Assembly (NCBI GenBank): GCA_965261595.1
Contig: CBDHDG010000007.1
Coordinates: forward strand, 992,001 to 1,056,000
Reading direction: 5' to 3'
Source: a bacterium
Lineage (GTDB): Bacteria > UBA8248 > JACPRG01 > G963555815
DNA: 64,000 nt
The notes under the pieces are model-generated. The model made no database searches. It was not told the DNA's origin and saw only the letters and a list, made by a program, of their open reading frames with translations. Position 1 is the stretch's first letter; every line of letters begins with the position of its first letter. Position numbers and translations under genes: made by a program. This document shows positions 52,223 through 63,949 of the stretch, piece after piece.

Positions 52223-53212
52223 TTACAAACTGACGGGCGCGGGGTCCATCTCTTCGAGCTTCATCCCCAGCGAGAGACCCATCTCGTCCAGGATCTCCTT
52301 GATCTCGTTCAGGGATTTGCGGCCGAAGTTGCGCGTCTTCAGCATTTCGGGCTCGGTCTTCTGAACCAGCTCGTACAACGTCCCGATGTTGGCGTTTTTC
52401 AGGCAGTTGTATGACCGGACCGAAAGCTCCAGCTCGTCCACGCTTTTTCGCAACTGGTCGATCAGCTCTTTCTTATGCTCGTCCTCGGCCGGCTCTTCGG
52501 CTTCCGGCTCCTCTTCAAAGGTGATGAAGATCTGGAGGTGGTCCTTGAGGACCTTGGCGGCATAAGAAACGCAGTCCTCCGGGTTGATGCTCCCGTCGGT
52601 CCACAACTCGATGATGAGCTTATCGTAATCGCTCGATCGGCCGACCCGGGTGTTCTCGATCTGGAAGTTCACGCGGCGGAGCGGAGAAAACATGGCATCC
52701 ATGGGGATGAATTGCGTCCCGAGGGACTCCTCCGCGTTTCGTTCCGCCGGGACGTATCCCCGCCCCTTCTTCACGATCATCTCGGCCGTCAGCTTGGCGT
52801 CCTTCTGAAGCTGGGCCAGATGATGTTTGGGGTTCAGGATGGTGACGTTGCCGTCCGTTTCCAGGTCGCCGGCCGTCACGGTCTTCGGCCCCTTGATGTT
52901 GAGCCGTATCCTCCGGGGCTCTTCCTCCTCCATGCGGAGGCGAACCTCCTTGAGGTTCAGGATGACATCGGACACGTCTTCCACAACGCCCGGCATGACG
53001 GAGAACTCGTGGTAGACGCCTTCGATCTCCACGGCCGTGATCGCCGCCCCTCGAATCGAGGCCAACAACACGCGCCGCAAGGCGTTGCCGATCGTGATCC
53101 CGAAACCGCGCTCGAAAGGTTCAGCGACGAATCGGCCGTACGTATCGGTCAGCGTGCTTCGATCCACTTCGACCCACTTCGGTTTCTGAAAATCGGTCCA
53201 CATTGCCTTCAT
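52223..53212 (-). CDS. rpoA: RNA polymerase alpha subunit
   Basis: [35 protein letters not shown]. Confidence 0.98.
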   Translation of the reverse strand: MKAMWTDFQKPKWVEVDRSTLTDTYGRFVAEPFERGFGITIGNALRRVLLASIRGAAITAVEIEGVYHEFSVMPGVVEDVSDVILNLKEVRLRMEEEEPRRIRLNIKGPKTVTAGDLETDGNVTILNPKHHLAQLQKDAKLTAEMIVKKGRGYVPAERNAEESLGTQFIPMDAMFSPLRRVNFQIENTRVGRSSDYDKLIIELWTDGSINPEDCVSYAAKVLKDHLQIFITFEEEPEAEEPAEDEHKKELIDQLRKSVDELELSVRSYNCLKNANIGTLYELVQKTEPEMLKTRNFGRKSLNEIKEILDEMGLSLGMKLEEMDPAPVSL

Positions 53213-53283
53213 TCACCGGTTCCCTTTTGAGGCAATCAAGCCTAGTGATTGAAGAGGACTCCCCGGAACGCGCTCACGGGGCC

Positions 53284-53922
53284 TTATTTGGAATAGAACT
53301 CGACGATGAGCTGCTCTTCAAACGGGATGGCCAGGTCCGAGCGCTTGGGCAGCTCCTGGACCGTGGCTTTCACCTGGTCGGTCTCCATCGCCAACCAGGA
53401 CGGAATGCCCCGCTGCTCGGCCCGGGAGACGGCCTCCTGAACGGGGACGATCTGCTTGCTCTTCTGTTTGATCTCCACCACGTCGCCCGCCCGGACAAGA
53501 TAAGACGGGATGTTGACCCGTTTGCCGTTGACCAGGACGTGATTGTGGCGCACCAACTGGCGGGCCTGGTCCCGGGAGTTCGCAAAGCTGGCCCGGTGGA
53601 CGACGTTGTCGAGCCGCCGCTCCAGGACCTCGATCAGCGCGTCTCCAGTGACCCCGCGGCTCCGGTCGGCCATCTTGAAGTACCGGCGGAACTGCCGCTC
53701 CAGGACGCCGTAAGTCCGCCTGACTTTCTGTTTCTCCCGAAGGTGAAGGGCGTAGTCGGACGTCTTCCCCCGCCGCATCCCATGCACGCCGGGGGCGTAG
53801 TTCCGCTTTCGGTCTCCCCCCTCGAAGGGACATTTTCGGCCGACGCACCGCTCCCCTTTGAGGAACAGCTTCATGCCCTCACGCCGGCACAAGCGGCATC
53901 GGGGTCCCAAATATCTGGCCAC
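53284..53922 (-). CDS. rpsD: 30S ribosomal protein S4
   Basis: CRLCRREG, LREKQK, LERRLDNVV, IVEFYSK. Confidence 0.97.
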   Translation of the reverse strand: MARYLGPRCRLCRREGMKLFLKGERCVGRKCPFEGGDRKRNYAPGVHGMRRGKTSDYALHLREKQKVRRTYGVLERQFRRYFKMADRSRGVTGDALIEVLERRLDNVVHRASFANSRDQARQLVRHNHVLVNGKRVNIPSYLVRAGDVVEIKQKSKQIVPVQEAVSRAEQRGIPSWLAMETDQVKATVQELPKRSDLAIPFEEQLIVEFYSK

Positions 53923-53935
53923 GTTGTATCCTCTC

Positions 53936-54334
53936 TCAGACCCTGCGTCGTTTTCGCGCGCGACATCCGTTATGGGGAATTGGCGTAACGTCCCGGATCA
54001 GGCTGACCTCCAAGCCCGTGGCTTGAAGCGATCGGATGGCCGCTTCCCGGCCCGAGCCCGGTCCCTTGATGTACACCTCGACGGTTTTCACGCCGAATTC
54101 CATGGCCCTGCGGGCGGCGGTCTCGGCGGCGGAGGTCGCCGCGAAGGGCGTGCCCTTCCGCGAGCCCTTGAACCCGAGGGAGCCGCAACTGGACCAAGCC
54201 ACCGTGTTGCCGGAAATATCGGTGATCGTGATGATGGTGTTGTTGAAAGTGGACTGGATGTGGGCGATGCCCTTGCCAATCGCCTTTCGCTCTTTACGCC
54301 GCCGGCCGGCGCCCCGTTCTCCTCGCTTGGCCAT
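53936..54334 (-). CDS. rpsK: 30S ribosomal protein S11
   Basis: [25 protein letters not shown]. Confidence 0.98.
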   Translation of the reverse strand: MAKRGERGAGRRRKERKAIGKGIAHIQSTFNNTIITITDISGNTVAWSSCGSLGFKGSRKGTPFAATSAAETAARRAMEFGVKTVEVYIKGPGSGREAAIRSLQATGLEVSLIRDVTPIPHNGCRARKRRRV

Positions 54335-54346
54335 CCTCGGCTCCTT

Positions 54347-54715
54347 TTATTTCTTCTTTCCGCCGATCGCCCGCCTTGGGCCCTTCTTCGTCCGTGCGTT
54401 GGTGTGGGTGCGCTGCCCCCGCGAGGGCAGGCCCTTGCGGTGGCGCAGCCCCCGGTAGCAACCGATATCCATCAACCGCTTGACGTTCTGCGAACGCTCC
54501 CGCCGGAGGTCGCCCTCGGTCCGGTAGGTGCGATCGATGATCTCGCGCAGATTGCTGAGCTCGGCCTCGGTCAGGTTGCGGACCCGCGTGTTGGGGTCCA
54601 TCCCGGCTTCGGACAGAATCTTCGTCGAGGTCGCCGACCCGATCCCGTAGATGTACGTCAGGGCCACTTCCACGCGCCTCTCGTTCGGAATCTCGACACC
54701 GCCTACGCGAGCCAT
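54347..54715 (-). CDS. rpsM: 30S ribosomal protein S13
   Basis: [22 protein letters not shown]. Confidence 0.98.
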   Translation of the reverse strand: MARVGGVEIPNERRVEVALTYIYGIGSATSTKILSEAGMDPNTRVRNLTEAELSNLREIIDRTYRTEGDLRRERSQNVKRLMDIGCYRGLRHRKGLPSRGQRTHTNARTKKGPRRAIGGKKK

Positions 54716-54757
54716 GATGCATCCCCCTCGATGGGTCCGCCCGGTGTTCGCCGGGCG

Positions 54758-54871
54758 TCACCCCTGACGCTGCTTATGCTTCGGGTTCTCACAGATGATG
54801 CGCACGACGCCTTTGCGCCGCACCACCTTGCACTTCGGGCAAATCTTCTTCACCGAGGCGCGCACTTTCAT
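54758..54871 (-). CDS. rpmJ: 50S ribosomal protein L36
   Basis: [37 protein letters not shown], read by hand. Confidence 0.97.
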   Translation of the reverse strand: MKVRASVKKICPKCKVVRRKGVVRIICENPKHKQRQG

Positions 54872-54897
54872 CACTTCGCTCCTTGGGTCGCCGGGTC

Positions 54898-55116
54898 TTA
54901 CTTGTACCGATACGTGATCCGGCCCCGGGTGAGGTCGTAGGGCGAAAGCTCCATCTTGACCCGGTCTCCGGGCAGGATTCGGATGAAGTGCATCCGCATC
55001 TTTCCGGACACATGGGCCAGGACCTTGTGGCCATTCTCCAATTCCACCCGGAACATGGCGTTGGGCAACGGCTCCACGACTGTCCCTTCCACCTCGATCG
55101 GCGCTTCCTTGGCCAT
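54898..55116 (-). CDS. infA: translation initiation factor IF-1
   Basis: [30 protein letters not shown]. Confidence 0.98.
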   Translation of the reverse strand: MAKEAPIEVEGTVVEPLPNAMFRVELENGHKVLAHVSGKMRMHFIRILPGDRVKMELSPYDLTRGRITYRYK

Positions 55117-55117
55117 G

Positions 55118-55906
55118 CTACTCCTTTTTGGAATCGAGCCCCCGAGTCAGGACCTCGGTGCTGTTCTCGGTGATGACGACGACGTGCTCGAAGTGGGCCG
55201 AGAGGCTCCCGTCGGAGGTCTCGACCGTCCAGCGGTCGTCCTTCTCACGCACGTCTTGCCCCCCCACGTTCAGCATCGGCTCGATGGCCAACACCATTCC
55301 TTCCTGAAGCCGCGGCCCCCATCCCGGCGAACCGAAATTCGGAACCTGGGGCTCCTCATGCAGGTTCCTTCCGATTCCGTGGCCGGTGTACTGGCGGACG
55401 ACGGAATAACCGCGATCCTCGGCGAACGTCTGGATGGCGTGGGAAATGTCCCGGAGACGCCCGCCCGAAACCGCATGTTCGATGCCCTCTTCCAGCGCCG
55501 CGCGCGTTGCCTCCAAAAGCCGCCCGGCCTCCTCCGACACCCGGCCGACCGCCACGGTGGCCGCACAGTCGCCGTAATATCCATCCACCCGGACACCCAG
55601 ATCCAGACTGACGATGTCTCCCTCCCGCAAGCGACGCTTGGAGGGAATCCCATGAACGACTTCTTCATTCACCGACGTGCAAAGGCTCGCCGGAAACGGG
55701 TTCGACGGGTCCGGGTACCCCTTGAAGGCCGGCTCGGCGCCGGCCTCCCGAATCAACGATTCGGCCAAATCGTCCAGGTCTTCCGTCGTAACGCCCGGGA
55801 CGGCCGCTTCCATGACCCGGCGAAGAACACGGGCGACAAGCTGATTGCTGACGCGCAGCTTGTCAATCTCTCGGGGCGACTTGAGCTCGATCCGGCGCTC
55901 ATTCAC
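55118..55906 (-). CDS. map: methionine aminopeptidase type I
   Basis: [33 protein letters not shown]. Confidence 0.97.
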   Translation of the reverse strand: MNERRIELKSPREIDKLRVSNQLVARVLRRVMEAAVPGVTTEDLDDLAESLIREAGAEPAFKGYPDPSNPFPASLCTSVNEEVVHGIPSKRRLREGDIVSLDLGVRVDGYYGDCAATVAVGRVSEEAGRLLEATRAALEEGIEHAVSGGRLRDISHAIQTFAEDRGYSVVRQYTGHGIGRNLHEEPQVPNFGSPGWGPRLQEGMVLAIEPMLNVGGQDVREKDDRWTVETSDGSLSAHFEHVVVITENSTEVLTRGLDSKKE

Positions 55907-56499
55907 ATTTCTCGTTCCGGGCGTCCGTGATCTTCGCCCGACCCGTCCATCCCCGCAACGGCGGAGCGGATCCGCTCTGTTATATCTTCCGCCCGGCCCA
56001 TCCCGTCAATCTCGATCAGCTTTTCACGCTCGCGGAAGTAGAGGACCAAGGGCTCCGTCTCCCGGCGATAGACTTCGAGCCGGTTTCGGATGACGGGTTC
56101 TTTGTCATCCTTCCTGCCGCGATCCGCCATGCGCCGGACCAATTCCTCTTCTTCCACCCGAAGACTCGCCACGGAATCAATCCCATCGCCCCGATCCGTG
56201 AGGAACGCTTCCAGGGTCTCGGCCTGGGCGATGGTTCTCGGGAAACCGTCCAGCACGAACCCGGCGGCGCAGTCCTTCCGCGAAAGCCGCTCTTCGACGA
56301 TCCGGGTCATGAGAGCATCGGGAACGAGCTCCCCCCGATCCACGAAATCCCGGGCCTGCGCTCCCGTGGGACTCCCGATGCGGATGGCGTCGCGCAGGAT
56401 GTCCCCCGTGGATATCTTCGGGAGGCCCCACCCCGCGCAAAGTGATTCCGCCTGGGTGCCCTTTCCCGATCCCGGAGGGCCAAACAGGATGATCCGCAC
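55903..56499 (-). CDS. adk: adenylate kinase (short form)
   Basis: GPPGSGKGTQ, STGD, LDGFPRT. Confidence 0.95.
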   Translation of the reverse strand: MRIILFGPPGSGKGTQAESLCAGWGLPKISTGDILRDAIRIGSPTGAQARDFVDRGELVPDALMTRIVEERLSRKDCAAGFVLDGFPRTIAQAETLEAFLTDRGDGIDSVASLRVEEEELVRRMADRGRKDDKEPVIRNRLEVYRRETEPLVLYFREREKLIEIDGMGRAEDITERIRSAVAGMDGSGEDHGRPEREM

Positions 56500-56515
56500 T
56501 GTGCCTTTCAGTCCT

Positions 56516-57826
56516 TCAGCCCCGTCTCCCTCGGAGGCGGCCTTTCTTGATGAACCCTTCATAGTGCCGCATCACAAGGTGAGATTCGATCTGCTGCATG
56601 GTGTCCATCGCCACCCCCACCACAATCAACAGCGCCGTTCCCCCGAAAAAGAACGGGGTGTTCAGGAACCGGATGAGGTAAGTGGGCAAAATCACCACGA
56701 AGGACAAATAAATCGCCCCGACAAACGTGAGGCGCGTCAACAGCCGCTCGATGTACTCCGACGTGCGTTTTCCGGGCCGGATACCCGGAACGTACCCCCC
56801 GTACTTCTTCATGTTGTCCGCCACGTCCACCGGGTTGAAGATGATGGAGGTGTAGAAGTAACAAAAGAAAAAGATCAGGGCCACCGTCACCAGGCTGTAA
56901 AGAATCGTGCCGGGGGAGAGGTTCTGCGAGATGGCCCGCATCCACGGGTGGTCCACGAACTGCGTGATCGTCGCCGGAAAGACAATCAACGAAGAGGCGA
57001 AGATCGGGGGAATCACACCGGAGGTGTTGATCTTCAGGGGCAGATGGGTGGTCTGCCCGCCCATCATCTTCCGGCCCACAACGCGTTTGGCATACTGGAC
57101 GGGGATCCGGCGCTGGGCGGCCTCCATAAAGACGATGCCCGCAATCACCGCGATCATCATGACCAGAACGAACAACATCACCAGGGGTTGAAGCTCGCGC
57201 TGGCCGACCAGCCGGAAGGTGTTCAGAACGGCCGACGGGATGGAGGCGACAATCCCGGAGAAAATGATGAGAGAGATCCCGTTGCCGATGCCGCGCTCGG
57301 TGATCTGCTCGCCCAGCCACATCAGGAACGCCGTCCCGCTGGTCAGGGTCAGAACGGTGAGGAGCCGAAACCCCCAGCCCGTGATGGGAACGATGGCCGC
57401 GCCCGCCGGGCTTTGCATGCTCTCCAGGCCGATGCTGATGCCCAGGCCCTGAATGATGCTCAGGACGACCGTGCCATACCGGGTGTATTGGGTGATCTTC
57501 CTGCGTCCGGCTTCGCCCTCTTTTTTCAGCTTGGCCAAGTGGGGAACGACGACTGTCATCAGCTCCAGGATGATCGAGGCGCTGATGTAGGGCATGATGC
57601 CCAGGGCGAAGATCGCCATCTGGCTGAGCGCCCCGCCGGAGAACAGATCGAAAAACGTCAGGAGCGAGCTGGCCTGGGACTGGAAAAAATCCGACAGCGC
57701 GCGGCCGTCCACCCCCGGCGTCGGGATGTGGACGCCAATCCGGTAGACCGCAAGCAGACCCACGGTGTAGAAAATCCGCTGCCTGAGCTCCGGAACCTTG
57801 CCGATGTTTTGAAGGCTGCCGATCAC
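56516..57826 (-). CDS. secY: preprotein translocase SecY
   Basis: LGIMPYISASII, GIGNGISL, PGIRPG, GGTALLI. Confidence 0.98.
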   Translation of the reverse strand: MIGSLQNIGKVPELRQRIFYTVGLLAVYRIGVHIPTPGVDGRALSDFFQSQASSLLTFFDLFSGGALSQMAIFALGIMPYISASIILELMTVVVPHLAKLKKEGEAGRRKITQYTRYGTVVLSIIQGLGISIGLESMQSPAGAAIVPITGWGFRLLTVLTLTSGTAFLMWLGEQITERGIGNGISLIIFSGIVASIPSAVLNTFRLVGQRELQPLVMLFVLVMMIAVIAGIVFMEAAQRRIPVQYAKRVVGRKMMGGQTTHLPLKINTSGVIPPIFASSLIVFPATITQFVDHPWMRAISQNLSPGTILYSLVTVALIFFFCYFYTSIIFNPVDVADNMKKYGGYVPGIRPGKRTSEYIERLLTRLTFVGAIYLSFVVILPTYLIRFLNTPFFFGGTALLIVVGVAMDTMQQIESHLVMRHYEGFIKKGRLRGRRG

Positions 57827-58269
57827 GCGCCCGTCACCACCACTTGTCCGCCCGCCGCCTCGATCTTGGACCGGGCCGATTCGCTGAACTTCTCCGCTTC
57901 CACCGTGAGGGCTACGCTCAGCTTTCCCCGGCCGAGGATTTTCACCCCGTCCCGCCGCCGGTTCAACAGCCCCAGCTCGCGCAGAAGCTTCTCATTCACC
58001 CGCGTGTTCGCCGGCAACTTCGCCAGCGTCTCCACGTTCACGAGGACATAACGCTTCTTGAAGATGTTGGTGAACCCCCGCTTGGGCAACCGCCGCTGAA
58101 GAGGCATCTGTCCCCCTTCAAACCAGGACCGGACGCCCGAGCCCGAGCGCGATTTTTGGCCCTTGTGCCCGCGACCCGAGGTTTTGCCCCTTCCCGAACC
58201 GGGCCCCCGGCCGATGCGGCGAGCGTTTCTCCTGGACCCCTTCGGGGGTCTTAGATTTTCCAGAGCCAT
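57823..58269 (-). CDS. rplO: 50S ribosomal protein L15
   Basis: GRG.GSG.GKT, FEGGQMPL.RRLPKRGF. Confidence 0.97.
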   Translation of the reverse strand: MALENLRPPKGSRRNARRIGRGPGSGRGKTSGRGHKGQKSRSGSGVRSWFEGGQMPLQRRLPKRGFTNIFKKRYVLVNVETLAKLPANTRVNEKLLRELGLLNRRRDGVKILGRGKLSVALTVEAEKFSESARSKIEAAGGQVVVTGA

Positions 58270-58475
58270 CAGGCCGCCTCTTCTACTTTGACCAGGTGGT
58301 TCACCTTGGCCACCATGCCGCGAATAGCCGGTGTGTCCTCCCGGACGACCGTCCGTCCGAGCTTTCTCAGCCCCAACCCCTGAAGCACCTTGTGCTGCTT
58401 CTCCTGCCGGCCGATGGGGCTGCGGGTCAGGGTGATCTTGATCTTCTTCGTTGTCTTGCCCGTTCCCTCGGCCAA
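58269..58475 (-). CDS. rpmD: 50S ribosomal protein L30
   Basis: [22 protein letters not shown]. Confidence 0.95.
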   Translation of the reverse strand: MAEGTGKTTKKIKITLTRSPIGRQEKQHKVLQGLGLRKLGRTVVREDTPAIRGMVAKVNHLVKVEEAA

Positions 58476-58489
58476 TTCCGATCTCCAGG

Positions 58490-59014
58490 TCAGTTCATGC
58501 GCTCTTGAAGCTCTTCGCGCGTAAGACCCCGGCTCTTGCACACCTCGGCGGGGTCCCGGAGAGCAAGGAGCCCTTGAAGCGTGGCCTTGGCCACGTTGTG
58601 GGGGCTGTCGGAACCCAGAGATTTTGTGAGGACATCTTTCACGCCGGCCACCTCCAGGATGGCCCGGACCGCGCCGCCCGCGATGACGCCCGTCCCCTTG
58701 GAAGCGGGCTTCAAAAGAACCCGCCCCTTTCCGTACCGCCCCTTCACCTCGTGGGGGATCGTCGTGTCGGCCAGGGAGATGGTCACCATCGCGCGCTTGG
58801 CTTTGTCGATGGCCTTGGAGATGGCGTCCGGCACCAAGTTGGCTTTGCCCATCGCCACGCCCACGCGCCCCTGCCGGTCGCCGACGGCCACCAGCGCGCT
58901 GAAGCTGAACCGCCTTCCGCCTTTCACCACTTTCGCGACGCGGTTGACAAAGATGATCTTATCAACGACCTCCTTGTCGCCGGCCTTTTCCCGCTCAAAC
59001 CCCCGCTGATTCAA
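58490..59014 (-). CDS. rpsE: 30S ribosomal protein S5
   Basis: [22 protein letters not shown]. Confidence 0.97.
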   Translation of the reverse strand: MNQRGFEREKAGDKEVVDKIIFVNRVAKVVKGGRRFSFSALVAVGDRQGRVGVAMGKANLVPDAISKAIDKAKRAMVTISLADTTIPHEVKGRYGKGRVLLKPASKGTGVIAGGAVRAILEVAGVKDVLTKSLGSDSPHNVAKATLQGLLALRDPAEVCKSRGLTREELQERMN

Positions 59015-59379
59015 AACCGGACTCCTTGTTTTCGGACGGCGTCGGCCAAGGCGGCGATCCGGCCGTGATATTGATAACCGTTCCGGTCGAAGGCGACGGC
59101 CTCGACGCTCAGGTTCTTGACGGCCTCGCCCACGAGCTCGCCCACCAACCGCGCGGCTTCCACATCGCCGCCGCCTTGTCCGCCCCGCTCCCGGAAGGAA
59201 GCGCTCAGCGTCGAGACGGATGTCAGCGTGCGTCCCCCCAGGTCGTCGATGACCTGCGCGTAGATGTGCCGGGCGCTCCTGAAGACGGACAGACGGGGCT
59301 TCGCCGCCGAGCCGACGATCTTCTTTCGGATCCGCCCGGCGCGGCGTTTTCTGGTCTGATTGCGGCTTGAGGCGCCCAT
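59011..59379 (-). CDS. rplR: 50S ribosomal protein L18
   Basis: [20 protein letters not shown]. Confidence 0.97.
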   Translation of the reverse strand: MGASSRNQTRKRRAGRIRKKIVGSAAKPRLSVFRSARHIYAQVIDDLGGRTLTSVSTLSASFRERGGQGGGDVEAARLVGELVGEAVKNLSVEAVAFDRNGYQYHGRIAALADAVRKQGVRF

Positions 59380-59380
59380 T

Positions 59381-59926
59381 TTATTTCACCGCCGCCTTTC
59401 CGGCCTTGCGCCGCACGATTTCGCCCACGTAGCGGATGCCCTTGCCCTTGTACGGCTCCGGTTTGCGGAACCGGCGGATATCGGCCGCGACCTGGCCGAC
59501 CCGCTGCTTGTCGATTCCGCGGACGATGATGATGCTCTTGTTTTTTTCATCCAGCGTGATCTCGATGCCTTCCTCGGCCTGGTATTCGATCGGGTGGGAA
59601 AAGCCCAGGCTCAGGGTCAGCATCTTCCCCTGCATGGCCGCGCGGTATCCCAGCCCAACCAGCTCAAGCCGCTTCTCGAACCCCTCGGTCACGCCTTCGA
59701 CCATGTTGGCCACCAGAGACCGGGTCAGGCCGTGAAGCGACCTCGCCTCCCGGCTGTCGTCCACCCGGTCGAGGCGAAGGATCCCGTCCTCCTGGACGAT
59801 CGCAATCGCGGGGTGGAGCTCTCTCGAAAGGGCCCCTTTCGGGCCTTGGACTTCAACCCGGCGCCCCTGGATCTTGACCTCGACTCCGGAGGGGCAGGGG
59901 ATGGGCATTTGACCGACACGTGACAT
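59381..59926 (-). CDS. rplF: 50S ribosomal protein L6
   Basis: GPKG.L, PEPYKGKGIRY. Confidence 0.97.
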   Translation of the reverse strand: MSRVGQMPIPCPSGVEVKIQGRRVEVQGPKGALSRELHPAIAIVQEDGILRLDRVDDSREARSLHGLTRSLVANMVEGVTEGFEKRLELVGLGYRAAMQGKMLTLSLGFSHPIEYQAEEGIEITLDEKNKSIIIVRGIDKQRVGQVAADIRRFRKPEPYKGKGIRYVGEIVRRKAGKAAVK

Positions 59927-59935
59927 GGTGGTTTC

Positions 59936-60334
59936 TCAGAAAATCTCGCAGAGGACCTCGCCGCCGACGCCGAGCGCGCGGGCCTCCCGATCGGTGACCA
60001 CGCCCTTGGACGTGGACAGGATATAGACGCCGAGGCCGTTGGCCACTTTTCCGATCTCGTCATGGCCCACATAGACCCGCCGCCCCGGCTTGCTGACGCG
60101 CTTGAGCAGCCGCGGGACCGGCCCATGTTCCCCCACCGGACGCAGGTCCATCTCCAGCGTGCCCTGCTTGTCATCGTCAATCCAGCGATGGCCGAGGATG
60201 TACCCCTCGCGCTGCAGGATCTCGGCGACGGCCCGCTTCAGCTTCGAGCCGGGAATCCGCACTTGCGGGTGCCGGGCCAGCAGGCCGTTGCGAATCCGGG
60301 TGAGCAAATCGGCGATGGGGTCGGTCATGGTCAT
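59936..60334 (-). CDS. rpsH: 30S ribosomal protein S8
   Basis: [25 protein letters not shown]. Confidence 0.97.
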   Translation of the reverse strand: MTMTDPIADLLTRIRNGLLARHPQVRIPGSKLKRAVAEILQREGYILGHRWIDDDKQGTLEMDLRPVGEHGPVPRLLKRVSKPGRRVYVGHDEIGKVANGLGVYILSTSKGVVTDREARALGVGGEVLCEIF

Positions 60335-60352
60335 GGATAATTTCCTCCGTCC

Positions 60353-60538
60353 CTACCAGCTCGATTTGGTCACGCCGGGGATCTCGCCCCGCAGCGCCAG
60401 CATTCGGAAACAGATTCGGCACATGGCGAATCTTCTCATGTACGCGCGAGGCCGTCCGCACAGCCTGCACCGGTTATACCCCCGGACCTTGAACTTCGGC
60501 TTACGCTTGGCCTTGGCAATCAGCGACTTCTTGGCCAC
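60353..60538 (-). CDS. rpsN: 30S ribosomal protein S14 (Zn-binding type Z)
   Basis: [15 protein letters not shown]. Confidence 0.97.
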   Translation of the reverse strand: MAKKSLIAKAKRKPKFKVRGYNRCRLCGRPRAYMRRFAMCRICFRMLALRGEIPGVTKSSW

Positions 60539-60562
60539 AACTCTCTCCCGCGGAGGGGCTCC

Positions 60563-61225
60563 CTAATCCCGGAACGGCATGCCCAGGCTCTTCAGCAGGG
60601 CCTTGCCTTCTTCATCGGTCCTGGCGGTGGTGACGACACTCACCCCCAGGCCCCGGATCTTGTCCACCTTGTCGTAATCGATCTCTGGAAAGATGAGCTG
60701 TTCCCGGATGCCGAGCGCGAAATTCCCCCGGCCGTCGAAAGATTTGCCGGAAATCCCCCGGAAATCCCGGACACGGGGCAAGGCGATGTTCATCAGCCGA
60801 TCGAGAAACTCGTACATGCGGTCCCCGCGCAGCGTGACCCGCGCTCCGATGGACATGCCCTCCCGCAGCTTGAAGGCGGCGATGGACTTGCGCGCCTTGG
60901 TGATCACGGGCTTCTGGCCGGTGAGAATGCCGAGCTCCCCGGCGCTGGAATCCAGCACCTTGCCGTCCTGGATGGCGTCGCCCAGCCCCATGTTGACCAC
61001 CACTTTCGACAACTTGGGAACCTGCATCGGGTTCTTGTAATTGAACTCTTTGCGCAACTGGGGGGCGATCTCCTCCAGGTAGCGCGCCCGGAGCCGGGAG
61101 GGCTCGCCGCGGGGCGGCGTTCCCTTCAGCTTGCTTCCCTTTTTTGGGGCGTCCTTTCCCGCTTTGCCTTTGCCGGCCGCCTCGGCCCCTTCCGAAACAG
61201 CGGCCCCCTTCTCTTTCTTCGCCAC
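60563..61225 (-). CDS. rplE: 50S ribosomal protein L5
   Basis: [25 protein letters not shown]. Confidence 0.97.
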   Translation of the reverse strand: MAKKEKGAAVSEGAEAAGKGKAGKDAPKKGSKLKGTPPRGEPSRLRARYLEEIAPQLRKEFNYKNPMQVPKLSKVVVNMGLGDAIQDGKVLDSSAGELGILTGQKPVITKARKSIAAFKLREGMSIGARVTLRGDRMYEFLDRLMNIALPRVRDFRGISGKSFDGRGNFALGIREQLIFPEIDYDKVDKIRGLGVSVVTTARTDEEGKALLKSLGMPFRD

Positions 61226-61238
61226 AGATTCCCGCTCC

Positions 61239-61595
61239 CTACGCCTCGTCCAACATTTCGCCGCTCTTTTTCAGGAAGCGGACCTTGCGGCCGTCCTCCA
61301 GAAATTTCCAACCCGCCCTCGAAGGCTGACTTGTCTTGGGGCAAACGAGCATGACGTTGGAAATGGCGAGCTTGGCTTCCTTTTCGACGATGCCGCCTTT
61401 CTGCTTCTGGTCGGGCCGGGTATGCCGCTTCACCATGTTGATCTTCTCGATGATGATCCGCCCTTCCTGGGCGAAAACGCGCAGCACCCGGCCGCGCTTG
61501 CCCTTGTCCTTGCCGGTCCGGACCTCCACGATGTCATCCTTGCGGATGATCGACTTGGGCGCCCCGCCTCGCTTCTTGCTTTTCACAGCGGCCAT
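61239..61595 (-). CDS. rplX: 50S ribosomal protein L24
   Basis: [20 protein letters not shown]. Confidence 0.95.
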   Translation of the reverse strand: MAAVKSKKRGGAPKSIIRKDDIVEVRTGKDKGKRGRVLRVFAQEGRIIIEKINMVKRHTRPDQKQKGGIVEKEAKLAISNVMLVCPKTSQPSRAGWKFLEDGRKVRFLKKSGEMLDEA

Positions 61596-61644
61596 CCATG
61601 AATCCTTTGCTTCGCCCCGGGGACGTCCCCCTCCGCGGCCGCTC

Positions 61645-62013
61645 TCAAAGCACCTCGGGGGCCAGGGAGATGATCCTCATAAATTGTTTTCGCCGGAGCT
61701 CTCGGGCCACCGGACCGAAGATGCGGGTTCCCAGGGGCTCCCGGTTTTCGTTGAGCAGAACGATGGCGTTGTTGTCGAACCGGATATAGGAGCCGTCGGG
61801 CCGGCCGAACTCCTTCCGCGTGCGCACGACGACCCCCCTGCGGACATCGCCCTTTTTGACCGGGGCGTTGGGCGTCGCCTCCTTGACGGCGACGACGATC
61901 ATGTCCCCCACACGGGCGTAGCGCCTTCTGGATCCGCCCAAGACCTTGATGCACATGGCTTTGCGGCCTCCGGAATTGTCGGCCACCTCCACCATGGTCT
62001 GTTCCTGAATCAT
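61645..62013 (-). CDS. rplN: 50S ribosomal protein L14
   Basis: [25 protein letters not shown]. Confidence 0.98.
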   Translation of the reverse strand: MIQEQTMVEVADNSGGRKAMCIKVLGGSRRRYARVGDMIVVAVKEATPNAPVKKGDVRRGVVVRTRKEFGRPDGSYIRFDNNAIVLLNENREPLGTRIFGPVARELRRKQFMRIISLAPEVL

Positions 62014-62026
62014 TTTCGCCTCCCGC

Positions 62027-62293
62027 TCAGCGGGCTTTTTCGATCACTTCCACGAGCCGCCACCGCTTGGTCTTGCTGAGGGGGCGGGTCTCCATGATAC
62101 GCACCAGATCACCGACAGAAAGCTCGTTGTTCTCATCATGCACGTGCAGTTGGGTCCGCCGCCGCAGGATGCGCTTCAGCATCGGGTGTTGAACCAGCCG
62201 GTCCACCCGAACGGTCGCCGTCTTGTCCATCGCGTTGCCGACCACGCGGCCCACGCGGGTCTTTCGGCTGTTGCGGGTGTTGGTCGTCTCCAT
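62027..62293 (-). CDS. rpsQ: 30S ribosomal protein S17
   Basis: [20 protein letters not shown]. Confidence 0.97.
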   Translation of the reverse strand: METTNTRNSRKTRVGRVVGNAMDKTATVRVDRLVQHPMLKRILRRRTQLHVHDENNELSVGDLVRIMETRPLSKTKRWRLVEVIEKAR

Positions 62294-62497
62294 CTACGCG
62301 CCCTTCTGGGCAAGCTTGCGCTCACCCGCCATCGTCCGGGCCCGGGCGATGTCCCGCCGGACCTGCCGGATGCGCATGGGATTCTCCACCTGGCCGGTTG
62401 TCCGCTGGAAGCGCAGGTTGAACAACTCCTCCCGCAACTCGCGCTCCTTGGCGGCCAGATCCTCCTCCGTCATGTCACGAAACTCCTGAGGCTTCAT
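62294..62497 (-). CDS. rpmC: 50S ribosomal protein L29
   Basis: ELFNLRFQ..RRDIAR. Confidence 0.96.
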   Translation of the reverse strand: MKPQEFRDMTEEDLAAKERELREELFNLRFQRTTGQVENPMRIRQVRRDIARARTMAGERKLAQKGA

Positions 62498-62513
62498 CCG
62501 TCGACCGGTCCTC

Positions 62514-62924
62514 TCATTCGCCCTTCACGATGAATCGGGTCTTCATGGGGAGCTTCCGGCCCGCGAGGCGCATGGCTTCTTTCGCCAACGGCTCGGGCAC
62601 TCCGTCCATCTCATACAGAATCCGGCCCGGCCGGATGACGGCCACCCACTGCTCGGGGGGCCCCTTTCCCTTCCCCATGCGGACTTCAGCCGGCTTCTTG
62701 GTGATGGGCTTGTCGGGAAACACCCGTATCCAGACCTTGGCGTGGCGCTTGACGTGCCGGGTCATGGCAATCCGGGCGGCCTCGATCTGCCGATCCGTCA
62801 TCCACGCGCACTCGACCGCTTGGAGCCCGAATTCGCCGAATGACAGGGTCGACCCGACGTAGGCCTTTCCCCGCATCCGCCCCCGCTGAACCTTGCGGTG
62901 CTTGACCTTCTTGGGCATCAACAT
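62514..62924 (-). CDS. rplP: 50S ribosomal protein L16
   Basis: QIEAAR, FPDKP.T.KP..RMGKGKG. Confidence 0.98.
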   Translation of the reverse strand: MLMPKKVKHRKVQRGRMRGKAYVGSTLSFGEFGLQAVECAWMTDRQIEAARIAMTRHVKRHAKVWIRVFPDKPITKKPAEVRMGKGKGPPEQWVAVIRPGRILYEMDGVPEPLAKEAMRLAGRKLPMKTRFIVKGE

Positions 62925-62942
62925 GGACGGTCTCCGCCTCCG

Positions 62943-63590
62943 TTATGCTTCCCGCTCGCTGTACGGCGAGTAGGATTCTCCCTTACAGACCCAGACCTTG
63001 ACGCCGATCACCCCGTAGGTGGTCTGGGCCTCGGCGAATCCGTAATCGATGTCCGCCCGCAGGGTGTGCAGAGGAACCTGACCCTCGCGGACCCATTCGC
63101 TACGGGACATCTCGGAGCCCCCCAACCGTCCGGACACGGCCACCTTGATCCCCCGTACGCCGAACCGAAGCGCGGAGGTCACCGCCCGCTTCATGGCCCG
63201 CCGGAAACCGACGCGACGCACGAGCTGGAGGGCGATATTCTCGGCCACCAACTGGGAGTCGGCCTCCGCCTTGCGAACCTCTTTGATGTTGATGTGGACC
63301 TGCTTGCCCGTGCGTTTTTGCAAATCGGACCGAAGCTTGTCCACCTCGGAGCCGCGCTTTCCGATGATGATCCCGGGCCGCGCGGCCCAGATGTCGATCC
63401 GGCACCGCTGCGAGGCGCGCTCGATGGTGATCTTTGAAATCCCGGCGTGAAACAGGGTCTTCTTGATGTACTTCCGGAGCCCCAGATCCTCGTGCAACAG
63501 GTCGGCGAAATCACGGCGCGCGAACCAATTGGAGGACCATGTCTTGTTGAACCCCAGCCGAAATCCCGTCGGATGAACCTTTTGACCCAC
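62943..63590 (-). CDS. rpsC: 30S ribosomal protein S3
   Basis: [23 protein letters not shown]. Confidence 0.98.
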   Translation of the reverse strand: MGQKVHPTGFRLGFNKTWSSNWFARRDFADLLHEDLGLRKYIKKTLFHAGISKITIERASQRCRIDIWAARPGIIIGKRGSEVDKLRSDLQKRTGKQVHINIKEVRKAEADSQLVAENIALQLVRRVGFRRAMKRAVTSALRFGVRGIKVAVSGRLGGSEMSRSEWVREGQVPLHTLRADIDYGFAEAQTTYGVIGVKVWVCKGESYSPYSEREA

Positions 63591-63592
63591 CT

Positions 63593-63943
63593 TTAGTCCT
63601 CCTCGTCATCCGGCGTGCCCAACACGACCGTGATGTGACTCATGGGCTTGAGAATCTTCGTCGCCCGCCCGCGGGCGCGCGGCCTGAACCGCTTGAGCCG
63701 GGGACCGCCGTCCACCATGAGGCGCTTGATATACAGACGCTCCACATCGTCCGACGTGCCTTTGGCCTCCGCGTTCGCCAGGGCCGAGCGGACCACCTTC
63801 CGGAGAACCTTGGCCGACCCCTGGGGCGCCAGGTCCAGCGTTTGAAGGGCCTTGTCCACCGGTTTTCCGCGGACAAGATCGGCCACCCCCCTGAGCTTCT
63901 GGGGCGAACGTCTCACAAACTTAAGTACGGCGCGGGCTTCCAT
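63593..63943 (-). CDS. rplV: 50S ribosomal protein L22
   Basis: [25 protein letters not shown]. Confidence 0.97.
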   Translation of the reverse strand: MEARAVLKFVRRSPQKLRGVADLVRGKPVDKALQTLDLAPQGSAKVLRKVVRSALANAEAKGTSDDVERLYIKRLMVDGGPRLKRFRPRARGRATKILKPMSHITVVLGTPDDEED

Positions 63944-63949
63944 AGGGCG